In this document: in pieces, positions 35,047-44,077 of the stretch
How positions within the stretch are numbered: position 1 is the first letter of the stretch
Layout of the letters: the number at the start of each line of letters is the position of its first letter
NCBI GenBank assembly: GCA_913030915.1
Contig: CAJWEW010000004.1
Location: 22,313-86,312 of the forward strand
Length of the DNA: 64,000 nt
From: an uncultured Rhodobiaceae bacterium
Lineage (GTDB): Bacteria; Pseudomonadota; Alphaproteobacteria; Rhizobiales; TMED25
Direction of reading: 5' to 3'
Notes under the pieces: generated by a model
The model's input: only the letters and a program-made list of their open reading frames with translations
Database searches by the model: none
What the model was told of the DNA's origin: nothing
Position numbers and translations under genes: made by a program

Positions 35047-35595
35047 ATGGTTGAAATAAGTAAGGATTTTATCAAAAAGTTTCAAGCTGAGAAGAATAAG
35101 AAAGACTTTGAAATTATTTTTAACTTCTACGCACCTAAAATCAAATCTCTACTGATTAGAAATGGTGCAGAATTCACACTTGCGGAGGATATAATGCACG
35201 ACACTATGATTAACATTTGGGATAAAATCCACATGTATAATCCACAAAAGGGATCCTTCAGCTCATGGATTTACACAATTGCAAGAAATAACAGAATTGA
35301 CCTGCTAAGAAAAAAATCCTCGCAACCATACACAGATATCTCAGAAATTGATATTCCGTCTGATAACGAAAACAGCCAAGAGATAGTTGAACGTAAATCT
35401 CTAACTGAACAGGTTCAGAATGCTATTAATCTATTGCCTGATAAACAAAAGAAGGTTATAGAACTCTCATTCAAAAATGATATGACACAAGACGAAATCG
35501 CCACGGAATTAAACGTTCCAATTGGAACAGTAAAGTCAAGAATGAGACTAGCTTACCAGAAGATGAAAGATAATTTAAAGGATATAACCTCATGA
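35047..35595 (+). CDS. rpoE: ECF-type RNA polymerase sigma factor (RpoE/ChrR-partnered type)
   Basis: The 182-aa ORF has region 2 (AEDIMHDTMINIWDK..SWIYTIARNNRIDLLRK) and region 4 (MTQDEIATELNVPIGTVKSRM). An ATGA overlap joins it to the anti-sigma gene. Confidence 0.85.
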   Translation: MVEISKDFIKKFQAEKNKKDFEIIFNFYAPKIKSLLIRNGAEFTLAEDIMHDTMINIWDKIHMYNPQKGSFSSWIYTIARNNRIDLLRKKSSQPYTDISEIDIPSDNENSQEIVERKSLTEQVQNAINLLPDKQKKVIELSFKNDMTQDEIATELNVPIGTVKSRMRLAYQKMKDNLKDITS

Positions 35596-36248
35596 AGAAC
35601 TGCCCCGACCTCGCAACAATAATATCATATTCAAGTGGTGCACTCAGTAAATCATTTGCTTTACTCGTATCGTCACATATAGAAAAGTGTGACCATTGTA
35701 GGAGAAATATTGATCGTTGTTGTGAAATGGGTGGGAGTTTTCTTGACGCAGAAGAAAATACAGCCTTAGAAAACAACTCTTATGCATTGTTTTTAGATAA
35801 ACTTGAAGAGTCCAAAAACACAGAAAGGCAGCTTAGTGTAAAAGATACTTTTGATAAAAGCAGTGAAGTTCCTGTCTCCCTGCAAAGGCACATAGGCAGA
35901 GATCTGAGCAGTCTGAAATGGTCGTTTTTAGCGCCAGGCATAAAAAAATGCTCTGTAAAAATAGATGAAAAGGAAAACAAACATCTAACATTTCTAAAAA
36001 TCAAGTCTAAAAAGAAAATCCCTGAGCATAGTCACCTTGGTAGTGAGTTAACGCTTGTACTCAAGGGCTCCTTCGATGATGAAAATGGTAGGTATATGGC
36101 TGGTGATATTGCAGACCACGATCATACCTCAAGACACGAGCCAGTTGTGACATCTGATGAAGATTGTGTTTGTGTCATTGCAACAGATGGCCCATTAATT
36201 TTCAATAGCTTGATTGCAAATATATTTCAGTCTATCGCGCGCATCTAA
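35592..36248 (+). CDS. chrR: ChrR-type zinc-binding anti-sigma factor with C-terminal cupin domain
   Basis: The 218-aa ORF has the ZAS motif HIEKCDHC (H-x3-C-x2-C) and a C-terminal cupin with His residues (PEHSHLGSELTLVLKGSF..GDIADHDH). Confidence 0.8.
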   Translation: MKNCPDLATIISYSSGALSKSFALLVSSHIEKCDHCRRNIDRCCEMGGSFLDAEENTALENNSYALFLDKLEESKNTERQLSVKDTFDKSSEVPVSLQRHIGRDLSSLKWSFLAPGIKKCSVKIDEKENKHLTFLKIKSKKKIPEHSHLGSELTLVLKGSFDDENGRYMAGDIADHDHTSRHEPVVTSDEDCVCVIATDGPLIFNSLIANIFQSIARI

Positions 36249-37010
36249 ATGTCTCTTCCTTGGAAGTCAGCATGGATAACTGGTGCCAGTTCTGGTATCG
36301 GTCGTGAATTAGCTTTGCAATTAGCAAGTTATGGTGTACAGATCTATGCATCAGCACGGCGTTCTGATGAACTTCAAATTTTAAGGGGTATAAATAACAA
36401 TATACACTCAATTAATTTGGACGTAACACAAATCAAAGATGTACGGAAAAAAACTAAATTCTTTTTTGAGGATGATAATTTTCCTGATCTTGTAATACTC
36501 AATGCTGGAGTTAGTCGTCTATTTACGCTAGACAAGATCAATGAAAAGCATCAGGACATCATAAATTCAATGGATATCAATTATTTTGGCGTAATTAATT
36601 GCCTTTCAGTTATTCTACCACAAATGATAGAACGAAAAAAAGGTCACATTGCCATAATGTCATCTGTTGCAGGATACAGGGGTCTTCCAAATTCGGTTGC
36701 GTATAGCCCTACCAAGGCAGCATTGATTAACCTTGTTGAAATTATGAGGTCAGAGTTAAGCCCTCTTGGTATCAATATATCTATTATAAACCCTGGATTC
36801 GTTGATACTGATGCCACTAAGGTGAACAAATTTCGAATGCCAAGTATGGTTTCTGTTGAATTCGCTGCCAGAAAGATAATAAGAGATCTTGAAAAATTAA
36901 AATATGAAGTTGCTTTTCCATTTAGGTTTACATTTTTTATAAAATTTTTAAGGATACTACCAAACACTCTATATTTTTATATAATAAGAAAGCTTGTTTG
37001 GAAAAGATAG
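36249..37010 (+). CDS. Short-chain dehydrogenase/reductase (SDR)
   Basis: The 253-aa ORF carries WITGASSGIGRELA and YSPTK. It starts immediately after the chrR stop. Confidence 0.8.
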   Translation: MSLPWKSAWITGASSGIGRELALQLASYGVQIYASARRSDELQILRGINNNIHSINLDVTQIKDVRKKTKFFFEDDNFPDLVILNAGVSRLFTLDKINEKHQDIINSMDINYFGVINCLSVILPQMIERKKGHIAIMSSVAGYRGLPNSVAYSPTKAALINLVEIMRSELSPLGINISIINPGFVDTDATKVNKFRMPSMVSVEFAARKIIRDLEKLKYEVAFPFRFTFFIKFLRILPNTLYFYIIRKLVWKR

Positions 37011-37013
37011 GCT

Positions 37014-38174
37014 TTACTTCATATGACTTAATTTAAATATACTAATTTGAATTGAGTCCTCACAAAAACCTGCCTCACAATATGATAGATAATAGTTCCA
37101 AATTCTCTTAAATCTATCGTCATAACCTAAACTTTTAATGCGGGGCCATTTTTTATTAAATTTCTCCCTCCACATGGATAAAGTTTTTACATAAGATTGA
37201 TTGAAGTCCTCAAGAACTTCGATTTGAAGTTGGTTTTTATCTGCAATTTTTTCAAGTAGTTTCTTGCTTGGTAGGAAACCTCCGGGGAAAATATATTTTT
37301 GAATAAAATCAACTTGCCGACTATATTCAGTAAATTTTTCGTCTGCAATTGTTATTCCCTGAATTATTGCATGACCATCTTCTTGAAGGCATTTCTTGAT
37401 TGTTTCAATATAAATTGGAAGATATTTACTTCCAACGGCTTCAATCATTTCGATAGATACAATCTTGTTATATATACTGTTTGTTTTTCTATAATCTTCA
37501 AGTTTGAAATTACAATCTTCTAATTTTTTTGTGACGTTCAATTCTCTTGCATATTTTAGTTGTTCTTCGGAGATTGTAATCGCGTCAATATTGATGGTAT
37601 TATTCTCAAATAAATATTGAGATAAAGTACCCCAACCACAGCCAATTTCTAGTACCTTCTCATTATTTTTGATATCTAAATATGAATTTATTTTTTTAAA
37701 TTTGTTTTCTTGTGCTTGCTCCAGTGTAATTTGTTTGCTGTCAAAATGTGCACTTGAGTATTGCATCTTTTCATCTAGCCATTCGCTAAAAAAATTATTT
37801 CCCATATCATAGTGGGCTCTTATATTCTTCTTTGCCCCCCTTAAACTGTTCCATCTTAATAAATGCAAAATATACGAAATATTAAATCTAAATATTTTGA
37901 GTGGAGTCATTTTATCAAATTTTTCCTTATTCCTTAGATAAAATACAAAAAATTGCGTTAGGTCAGAGCACTCAATATCTCCATTCACATAACAATCACC
38001 AAAAGCATTTGGTCCGCTTGTAAAGTAGTTCCACACAATCCTGTAATTATTCAATTTAATCGTTAGATCGGAATTAACGGTCCCAATTACATAATCTGTA
38101 TTATCAGGAAAAATAATTTTTAAAGAACCATTTGGTTCCCAGTTAAATAATCTTTTAAAGTAATTTTTTAGCAT
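37014..38174 (-). CDS. Cyclopropane-fatty-acyl-phospholipid synthase family SAM-dependent methyltransferase
   Basis: The 386-aa ORF carries AHYDMGNNFFSEWLD and VLEIGCGWGTL (SAM motif I), plus a C-terminal YYLSYCEAGF typical of the CFA/mycolic acid synthase family. Confidence 0.85.
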   Translation of the reverse strand: MLKNYFKRLFNWEPNGSLKIIFPDNTDYVIGTVNSDLTIKLNNYRIVWNYFTSGPNAFGDCYVNGDIECSDLTQFFVFYLRNKEKFDKMTPLKIFRFNISYILHLLRWNSLRGAKKNIRAHYDMGNNFFSEWLDEKMQYSSAHFDSKQITLEQAQENKFKKINSYLDIKNNEKVLEIGCGWGTLSQYLFENNTINIDAITISEEQLKYARELNVTKKLEDCNFKLEDYRKTNSIYNKIVSIEMIEAVGSKYLPIYIETIKKCLQEDGHAIIQGITIADEKFTEYSRQVDFIQKYIFPGGFLPSKKLLEKIADKNQLQIEVLEDFNQSYVKTLSMWREKFNKKWPRIKSLGYDDRFKRIWNYYLSYCEAGFCEDSIQISIFKLSHMK

Positions 38175-38181
38175 TGTATAT

Positions 38182-38958
38182 CTAGTTAGTATCGTTATTT
38201 TCTATATAGCATATCTGTAATTTAGGAGCTTCCGGCTTCTTTTTAAAGCTCATTCCTTTGAAAAACAGTTTTAGAGCTTCATAATGTATGGCAAGTATTA
38301 CTTTAAATGTCAGGAATAAATTCTTTGTGAGGCTTTTTAGTAAGTTATAATTTGTATACTCAAGTTTTTCTCCTGTAAAGTGAGCTATAAGTATCGGCTG
38401 ACCCTTCGCATGGAGATTTATACCGATTTGAAATAAATTTGAATTATTCCTGATGTGGAATGTGTACATTCCATCCCCATCGTTGAACGGTGAAATGAAT
38501 AATTTTTTATCACACTTCTGATAGATAATTTCCCCTGTTTTGAGTGCCGTTGGTATGACATAAATGACCCTTTGACCAAAAGTATTATTTACCTCGTAAA
38601 TTACTAACTCTATTTGTTTTTCTTTATTGTATCCAAGATAGACTGTTATCGGGTTAAATACATAACCAAAGACACGGGGATAAGCAATCATTGAGAAACA
38701 AACTACTGGTTTTTTTGTAATGACATTATTTTTAATCTCTTCAAGAAAATCTAGAATGGGCCCACCATTGCCATGATCTTTGTCGTAAATACTGAATAAA
38801 TTAAATTTGTTATAAGACAGTAAATTTGTTTTTTTACTCAAGTTATTAAAATTATCACAATCAAGCATAAGCGCAAAAACATTATATGCGAGCTTATGTC
38901 TTATGGGACTGAGGCGTTTGTGGACTACTTTGCCTATTAATATATTATTTTTAATCAT
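38182..38958 (-). CDS. DUF1365 family protein
   Basis: The 258-aa ORF has N-terminal GKVVHKRLSPIRHKLAYNVFALMLD, matching my memory of DUF1365. Its position between the FAD oxidoreductase and the CFA-synthase-like gene is conserved. Confidence 0.75.
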   Translation of the reverse strand: MIKNNILIGKVVHKRLSPIRHKLAYNVFALMLDCDNFNNLSKKTNLLSYNKFNLFSIYDKDHGNGGPILDFLEEIKNNVITKKPVVCFSMIAYPRVFGYVFNPITVYLGYNKEKQIELVIYEVNNTFGQRVIYVIPTALKTGEIIYQKCDKKLFISPFNDGDGMYTFHIRNNSNLFQIGINLHAKGQPILIAHFTGEKLEYTNYNLLKSLTKNLFLTFKVILAIHYEALKLFFKGMSFKKKPEAPKLQICYIENNDTN

Positions 38959-38979
38959 TAAATTAGATCATATGATTAA

Positions 38980-40275
38980 TTACACCGCTATCCTATTCCA
39001 GCTTTTCTTTATTGTCCATGGTCTGTCCACTTTTGTAATATTTTCGGCAACAAGTAGACCGCTTTGTATGCCATCTTCATGAAATCCATACCCAAGAAAA
39101 CTTCCGCAAACCCATATATTATTCTGCCCTTGCCTCTCCAGTATCTGTTTTTTTATTTCTTTATTATTAAGATTAAATATTGGATGCGTGAAGATTATTT
39201 CCTTATGCATTTCTCTGTCTGATATTTTTTTCTCAGGATTTAATGTTAGGAAGAAATTTTTTTCAGTATTTAGTTTTTGTATACTATTGAGCCAATAAGT
39301 CATTGAGAGTTTCATATTATTAGTTTTTATTTTACGCGTATAATTCCAGCTAGACCACAATTTTACATTGCGTGGCATTTGACTCTGATCAGAGTGCAGA
39401 TAGCCAATATTTTTTTGGTATTTAAAATTATCTAAGAGCTTTGCGAGTTGATTATCACAACTTTCTATCAATTTTTTACTTTCTTGGGCTTGGTTTGCAA
39501 GAACGATTTTATCAAAATCTAAACTTTCATTACCATTTGTGATTCTATAACCATTACCCACTCTTTCAATTTTCTTGATGTCTGACCCAATTTTCTTTTG
39601 AAAGACTGATGAATTAATAATGGCTTCTACATATTTTTTACTGCCGCCATCAACAGATGACCAAACAGGTCGATTTGATAACTTAAATAGCCCGTGGTTA
39701 ATAAAGAAATTCACGAAGTCATGTGCAGGATACTCAAGCATATTTTTAGGATCACACGACCAAATCGCACTGCACATTGGAATAATATGATTGTGAATAA
39801 AGAAGGTTGGATAATTTTCACACATAAGAAAATCTTTGAGTGAAGTTGATTTTTCATATCTTCTTATTGACTTTTTAGCATTTGAATAAAATTTAATAAT
39901 AGCGAGTAATTGCTGCCAGTGCTGTTTACTTATGAGATTAGATTTTTGCCCAAAATAGCCACTTAATCCAGAGCCTGAATATTCATAATTTAAAATTTCA
40001 TCTGACATTGAAAAGCTCATGTCAGATTGATGTTTATTAACATTAAGTAGATCAAAAAATTTAATTAAGTTCGGATAATTAGCTTCATTGAAAACCATAA
40101 ACCCAACATCCACTGATACATTAAGTTTATTCGCATCCTTAATTGTGACCGTGTGCGCGTGACCACCAAAATAGTTATTCTTTTCGTATAGTGTTACCTT
40201 CTTATATTTAGATAAGTGCCATGCCGCAGATAAGCCTGATATGCCACCTCCAATTACCGCTATTTTTTCTGACAA
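38980..40275 (-). CDS. FAD/NAD(P)-binding amine-oxidase-like oxidoreductase
   Basis: The 431-aa ORF has a TTG start with AGGTGA upstream, the dinucleotide fold KIAVIGGGISGLSAAWHL, and a C-terminal ..WVCGSFLGYGFHEDG. Confidence 0.8.
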   Translation of the reverse strand: MSEKIAVIGGGISGLSAAWHLSKYKKVTLYEKNNYFGGHAHTVTIKDANKLNVSVDVGFMVFNEANYPNLIKFFDLLNVNKHQSDMSFSMSDEILNYEYSGSGLSGYFGQKSNLISKQHWQQLLAIIKFYSNAKKSIRRYEKSTSLKDFLMCENYPTFFIHNHIIPMCSAIWSCDPKNMLEYPAHDFVNFFINHGLFKLSNRPVWSSVDGGSKKYVEAIINSSVFQKKIGSDIKKIERVGNGYRITNGNESLDFDKIVLANQAQESKKLIESCDNQLAKLLDNFKYQKNIGYLHSDQSQMPRNVKLWSSWNYTRKIKTNNMKLSMTYWLNSIQKLNTEKNFFLTLNPEKKISDREMHKEIIFTHPIFNLNNKEIKKQILERQGQNNIWVCGSFLGYGFHEDGIQSGLLVAENITKVDRPWTIKKSWNRIAV

Positions 40276-40301
40276 AGTCTCACCTTTGAGTTAAAAATAA
40301 A

Positions 40302-40328
40302 TGATCTCAACGGTAGTTGTATACGTTA
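40302..40328 (+). promoter_or_regulatory. Candidate ECF (RpoE/ChrR-type) promoter upstream of the DUF2177 gene
   Basis: TGATC (40302-40306), a 17-nt spacer, then CGTTA (40324-40328), 28 nt upstream of the ATG at 40356. It resembles the TGATC...CGTA motif I recall for this ECF group, and the -10 match is imperfect. Confidence 0.3.
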
Positions 40329-40355
40329 AACTTTTAGATTACAATTGATATTAAA

Positions 40356-40763
40356 ATGACTAAGTACTTTCTAACATATTTTATTGTTTTGGTGATTTTT
40401 CTCACTATTGATGCTATATGGCTTGGGTTCATTGCCCGAAAATTCTATGTGAACAATATTGGCTTTCTATTAGCAGAGAAACCAAATTTTCTAGCCGCAG
40501 CAGTATTCTATTCAATTTATGTTATTGGAATTGTTATATTTTCCACAATTCCTGCACTAAAAGATGGTCTTGGTACAACGGCTTTAATATACGGGGCCCT
40601 TTTTGGATTTTTTGCTTATCTGACATACGACATGACCAACTATAGTACATTGAAGGATTGGCCTCTTCAAGTCTCACTTATCGATACGGCATGGGGAACA
40701 TTTTTATCGGGCATCTCTTCCTATCTTGGATATCATATTGCTAAATCTTGGGTTACCTTCTAA
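40356..40763 (+). CDS. DUF2177 family integral membrane protein
   Basis: The 135-aa ORF has about 4 TM segments and an N-terminal ..LTIDAIWLGFIARKFY.. typical of DUF2177. It is divergent from the oxidoreductase operon. Confidence 0.65.
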   Translation: MTKYFLTYFIVLVIFLTIDAIWLGFIARKFYVNNIGFLLAEKPNFLAAAVFYSIYVIGIVIFSTIPALKDGLGTTALIYGALFGFFAYLTYDMTNYSTLKDWPLQVSLIDTAWGTFLSGISSYLGYHIAKSWVTF

Positions 40764-40911
40764 CCTAAAGCTGCTTTCACAGCAATAAACTTATGAATCG
40801 CTGTCCCACATTATTATCTTAAATCTATGAAATAATATTTAAAGTAAATGTATAATGTTGTATGGTTTACACTATAGAACTATAACGTTTGCATATCTAG
40901 GGAGATTTTGA

Positions 40912-42000
40912 ATGGATTATGATATACCAATGAAGCCATATGGTCCGACGGCAGGCAGAGATCACATTGAGGACAAGCCAAGACCGAAAACAAAAACGGT
41001 AGATTTTCATATTCATATGCGAATTCAGGATGCAGACAAATTGATTGGTGATAGAATTCCAGATGACTCAACAGTCCAATTTAGATTTGCGAGCAAAGCT
41101 TCAAAAGAGCAAACACTCAAACATCATTCTGAACGAATGCCATACCTGACGGATATGAATTATAGATTACCAGATATGGAAAAAATGCAAGTAGACATAG
41201 CGGCACTATCTTGTGCTCCGAGACAATTTTACTATTCTACAGAGCCAACACTTGGGCATGAGTCAAGTCAAATTGTAAATGATGGAATATATAAAGCCGT
41301 TAAAGAAAATAATACAACACATGTTGGATTAGGAACGGTTCCCCTTCAAGATACAGATTTAGCGATAAAAGAGCTAAAGAGATGCGTAAATGAATTAGGT
41401 TTCAAAGGACTTCAAATTGGCGCTCGAATTAAAGAAGATGAAGAGCTTTCTTCCGAACGACTATACCCATTTTGGGAAGCTGTTCAGGAGCTCAATGTGC
41501 CAATGCTCATACACCCCTCGTCATTTTCAAGTCCAAGACTTTCAAAATATCACATGATGAATATCATAGGGAACCCATTAGATACAACAGTCGGTGTCCA
41601 TTATCTTATTTTTGGAGGTGTATTAGAAAAATTTCCAAATTTGAAATTTGTTTTAAGTCATGGTGGCGCATTCACATCTCATTATTTTGCAAGGATGGAT
41701 CACGCTTATGGAGCAAGACCGGATTGTCGCGAAGACATCCACCGTAAGCCAAGCTATTACTTATCAAAGTTCTATTTTGATACGCTTGTATTTTCAATAG
41801 AACAACTATCTTATTTAATTAGTAATTTTGGCTCGGATCGTATTTTATTAGGCACCGATTATCCATTCGATATGGCAGAATTTAACCCTGTTGAACATGT
41901 TTACCAAGTGCCTGGACTCAGCGAGAGTGATAGAGAAAAAATCTGTGGTTTAAATGCACTAAACCTTATGGGAATTGATGAAGCTTACTTTAGTGAGTAA
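40912..42000 (+). CDS. Amidohydrolase-2 family protein (ACMSD/decarboxylase-like metal-dependent hydrolase)
   Basis: The 362-aa ORF has RBS AGGGAGA and carries VDFHIHM (HxH metal site), LIHPS, SHGGA and LGTDYPFD. Confidence 0.75.
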   Translation: MDYDIPMKPYGPTAGRDHIEDKPRPKTKTVDFHIHMRIQDADKLIGDRIPDDSTVQFRFASKASKEQTLKHHSERMPYLTDMNYRLPDMEKMQVDIAALSCAPRQFYYSTEPTLGHESSQIVNDGIYKAVKENNTTHVGLGTVPLQDTDLAIKELKRCVNELGFKGLQIGARIKEDEELSSERLYPFWEAVQELNVPMLIHPSSFSSPRLSKYHMMNIIGNPLDTTVGVHYLIFGGVLEKFPNLKFVLSHGGAFTSHYFARMDHAYGARPDCREDIHRKPSYYLSKFYFDTLVFSIEQLSYLISNFGSDRILLGTDYPFDMAEFNPVEHVYQVPGLSESDREKICGLNALNLMGIDEAYFSE

Positions 42001-42019
42001 ATAATATTGAGTCCGGTTG

Positions 42020-42301
42020 CTAGAGCCAATCCTTATCAAATATTTTTTCACCATTCTCATCTATAATGACTCTAGCTTTCCTCTCAATACACTCTATAGC
42101 GTCATCTTTTTTGCTAAAAGTATCCGTTCTAATAAAGTAGGCGCTCATTTTTACACCCGCAATTTCTTTGAATATTTTTCCTTCTGTTGTATACGCTCCA
42201 CTATTTTTTTTAGGAGTTGGTACAATCTGAAAATCTTTGTAGTGAGATGCACCGACGGCACTAGAATTACTTTTAAATAAATTTTTTAATTTGCTGAACA
42301 T
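42020..42301 (-). CDS. Small conserved alphaproteobacterial protein of the family historically annotated HlyU
   Basis: The 93-aa ORF shows the pattern YKDFQIVPTP...I.KEI.G....IRTDTF...DDA.....KA..IIDENGEKIF. That pattern matches my memory of ~95-aa Rhodobacterales proteins with this annotation. The opposite-strand ORF 42017-42280 has F/I/Y-rich antisense-like composition. Confidence 0.55.
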   Translation of the reverse strand: MFSKLKNLFKSNSSAVGASHYKDFQIVPTPKKNSGAYTTEGKIFKEIAGVKMSAYFIRTDTFSKKDDAIECIERKARVIIDENGEKIFDKDWL

Positions 42302-42387
42302 GTATTAGTACCTACATTGATTATTTTTTAATTATTTTCAAAAAATGTTATTATCTATAATATAGACATAATTTGGAGGAAAATTTA

Positions 42388-43827
42388 ATGCAAGGAAATA
42401 ATATTTTATTCATTATGGCTGATGAGCATAATTACAACTGCATTAACCAATTAGGTAATGATTTTATTATCACTCCAAACATTGATAGCCTTGTCAAAGA
42501 GGGGACCACATTTACAAGTGCTTACACGCCCTCACCACTTTGCGTGCCTGCAAGGGCGTCATTAGCTACAGGAACATATGTGCACAAGAATAAGTATTGG
42601 GATGGGGCCCATGCATACGATGCTAGGGTACCTGGCTGGCAGCATGTCTTACGCGATAACAATGTGAATGTTACTTCCATTGGAAAATTACATTATAAGG
42701 ACCGAACGATTGATACTGGATTTACAGAGACTATCGAGCCTATGCATTTGAAAGATGGACTTGGTGATTTATTTGGGCTCTTGAGAGAAGAGATGCCGCC
42801 TAAAGATGCTTGTAAAAGGTTATCCGAAGAGCTTGGACGAGGTGATTGTGAGTACTTGGAATATGATCGCCTCATAACAAATAAAGCTGTTGAATGGATT
42901 AGAAAACAAAAAAAAAGAGAGCAGCCAAATAACCCTTGGGTATTATTTGTATCTTTTGTATCTCCCCACTACCCCCTAATTGCACCACCTGATTTTTATG
43001 ACTTATACAATGATATAAACCTGCCCTATGATAATTATCAGAATTTATCAAAAAATAAGCTGCATTCATGGGTTAAGGGCATAAGAGAAAGTTGGCCATA
43101 CGATGATTATATGGATGAGGAAAAAAGAAAAATTGCAGTGCAAGCTTATTACGGTATGTGTAGTTTTATGGACTCAAATGTGGGTAAACTGCTCACGGAA
43201 CTTAAACAATGTGATATATATGATGATACTACAATTATTTATGCAAGTGATCACGGAGAGTCACTTGGTAATAGAGGGCTTTGGGGAAAGATGACAATGT
43301 ACGAAGATTCGGCATCAATACCCTTGATCATAAAGGGGCCCAACTTTAAAAAAAATCGGATGTGTAAAACACCTGTAACCTTGATTGATCTATATCCAAC
43401 AATATTCGATATTTTATCACTTGATCACGTTGCAAGTGAGGCGAATATAGATGGGCAGTCACTGAGGTCTATTGCGAATAAAACTTACGATAAAAATAGA
43501 TGTGTTATAAGTGAGTATCATGGGGCTGGGTCTTATGGTGGTGCCTTCATGCTTAGAATGGGAGATTATAAGTATGTATATTACGTGGGACATGAACCTG
43601 AAGTTTTTGACATTAAAAGTGATCCAAATGAGACACGGAATCTCGCACGGGACCCATCATTTAAAAACGAGGTTGCAATGCTGGATAACGCATTAAGGTC
43701 AATTATTGATCCTGAAAGCGTTGATGAAGCAGCGCGTAATGATCAAAAAAAGATGCTTAAGGATGTTGGGGGTATTGATTTTGTTTTGAATAGAGGGAAC
43801 TATGCTGGTACGCCGGTAGGTTCATGA
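42388..43827 (+). CDS. Cys-type sulfatase (no obvious signal peptide, choline-sulfatase-like architecture possible)
   Basis: NILFIMADEH and SPLCVPARASLATG (C-x-P-x-R formylglycine motif), plus SDHGES. I placed the start at the ATG at 42388, which is preceded by GGAGGA, rather than the TTG at 42373. Confidence 0.85.
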   Translation: MQGNNILFIMADEHNYNCINQLGNDFIITPNIDSLVKEGTTFTSAYTPSPLCVPARASLATGTYVHKNKYWDGAHAYDARVPGWQHVLRDNNVNVTSIGKLHYKDRTIDTGFTETIEPMHLKDGLGDLFGLLREEMPPKDACKRLSEELGRGDCEYLEYDRLITNKAVEWIRKQKKREQPNNPWVLFVSFVSPHYPLIAPPDFYDLYNDINLPYDNYQNLSKNKLHSWVKGIRESWPYDDYMDEEKRKIAVQAYYGMCSFMDSNVGKLLTELKQCDIYDDTTIIYASDHGESLGNRGLWGKMTMYEDSASIPLIIKGPNFKKNRMCKTPVTLIDLYPTIFDILSLDHVASEANIDGQSLRSIANKTYDKNRCVISEYHGAGSYGGAFMLRMGDYKYVYYVGHEPEVFDIKSDPNETRNLARDPSFKNEVAMLDNALRSIIDPESVDEAARNDQKKMLKDVGGIDFVLNRGNYAGTPVGS

Positions 43828-43876
43828 ACTTAATCAAATTTAGTGTTTAAGAACAACAATTTATAAGGAGAGTTAT

Positions 43877-44065
43877 ATGGGTATTTCAGGATTTTGGCAA
43901 TGGGTTGTAATTGGCTTAATTGTATTATTATTATTTTCACGGCCAGGTAAAATATCAAAGCTGCTTGGTGATCTTGGTGTTGGGCTAAAAAGTTTTCGTG
44001 ATGGCGTTAAAGGCGATATCGAAGAATCTGGTGAGGATGAAAACGACTCAAAAAAAGATGAATAG
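43877..44065 (+). CDS. tatA: Twin-arginine translocase subunit TatA
   Basis: The 62-aa ORF has RBS AAGGAGAG, an N-terminal TM segment and an amphipathic helix (WQWVVIGLIVLLLFSRPGKISKLLGDLG). Confidence 0.85.
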   Translation: MGISGFWQWVVIGLIVLLLFSRPGKISKLLGDLGVGLKSFRDGVKGDIEESGEDENDSKKDE

Positions 44066-44077
44066 AAAAAATCCAAG

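Noticed and set aside
42017-42280. An 87-aa plus-strand ORF overlapping almost exactly the minus-strand 93-aa ORF.
   Set aside because: The plus-strand product is F/I/Y/R-rich with no recognisable family. The minus-strand product matches a conserved small alphaproteobacterial protein pattern, so only the minus-strand gene is reported.
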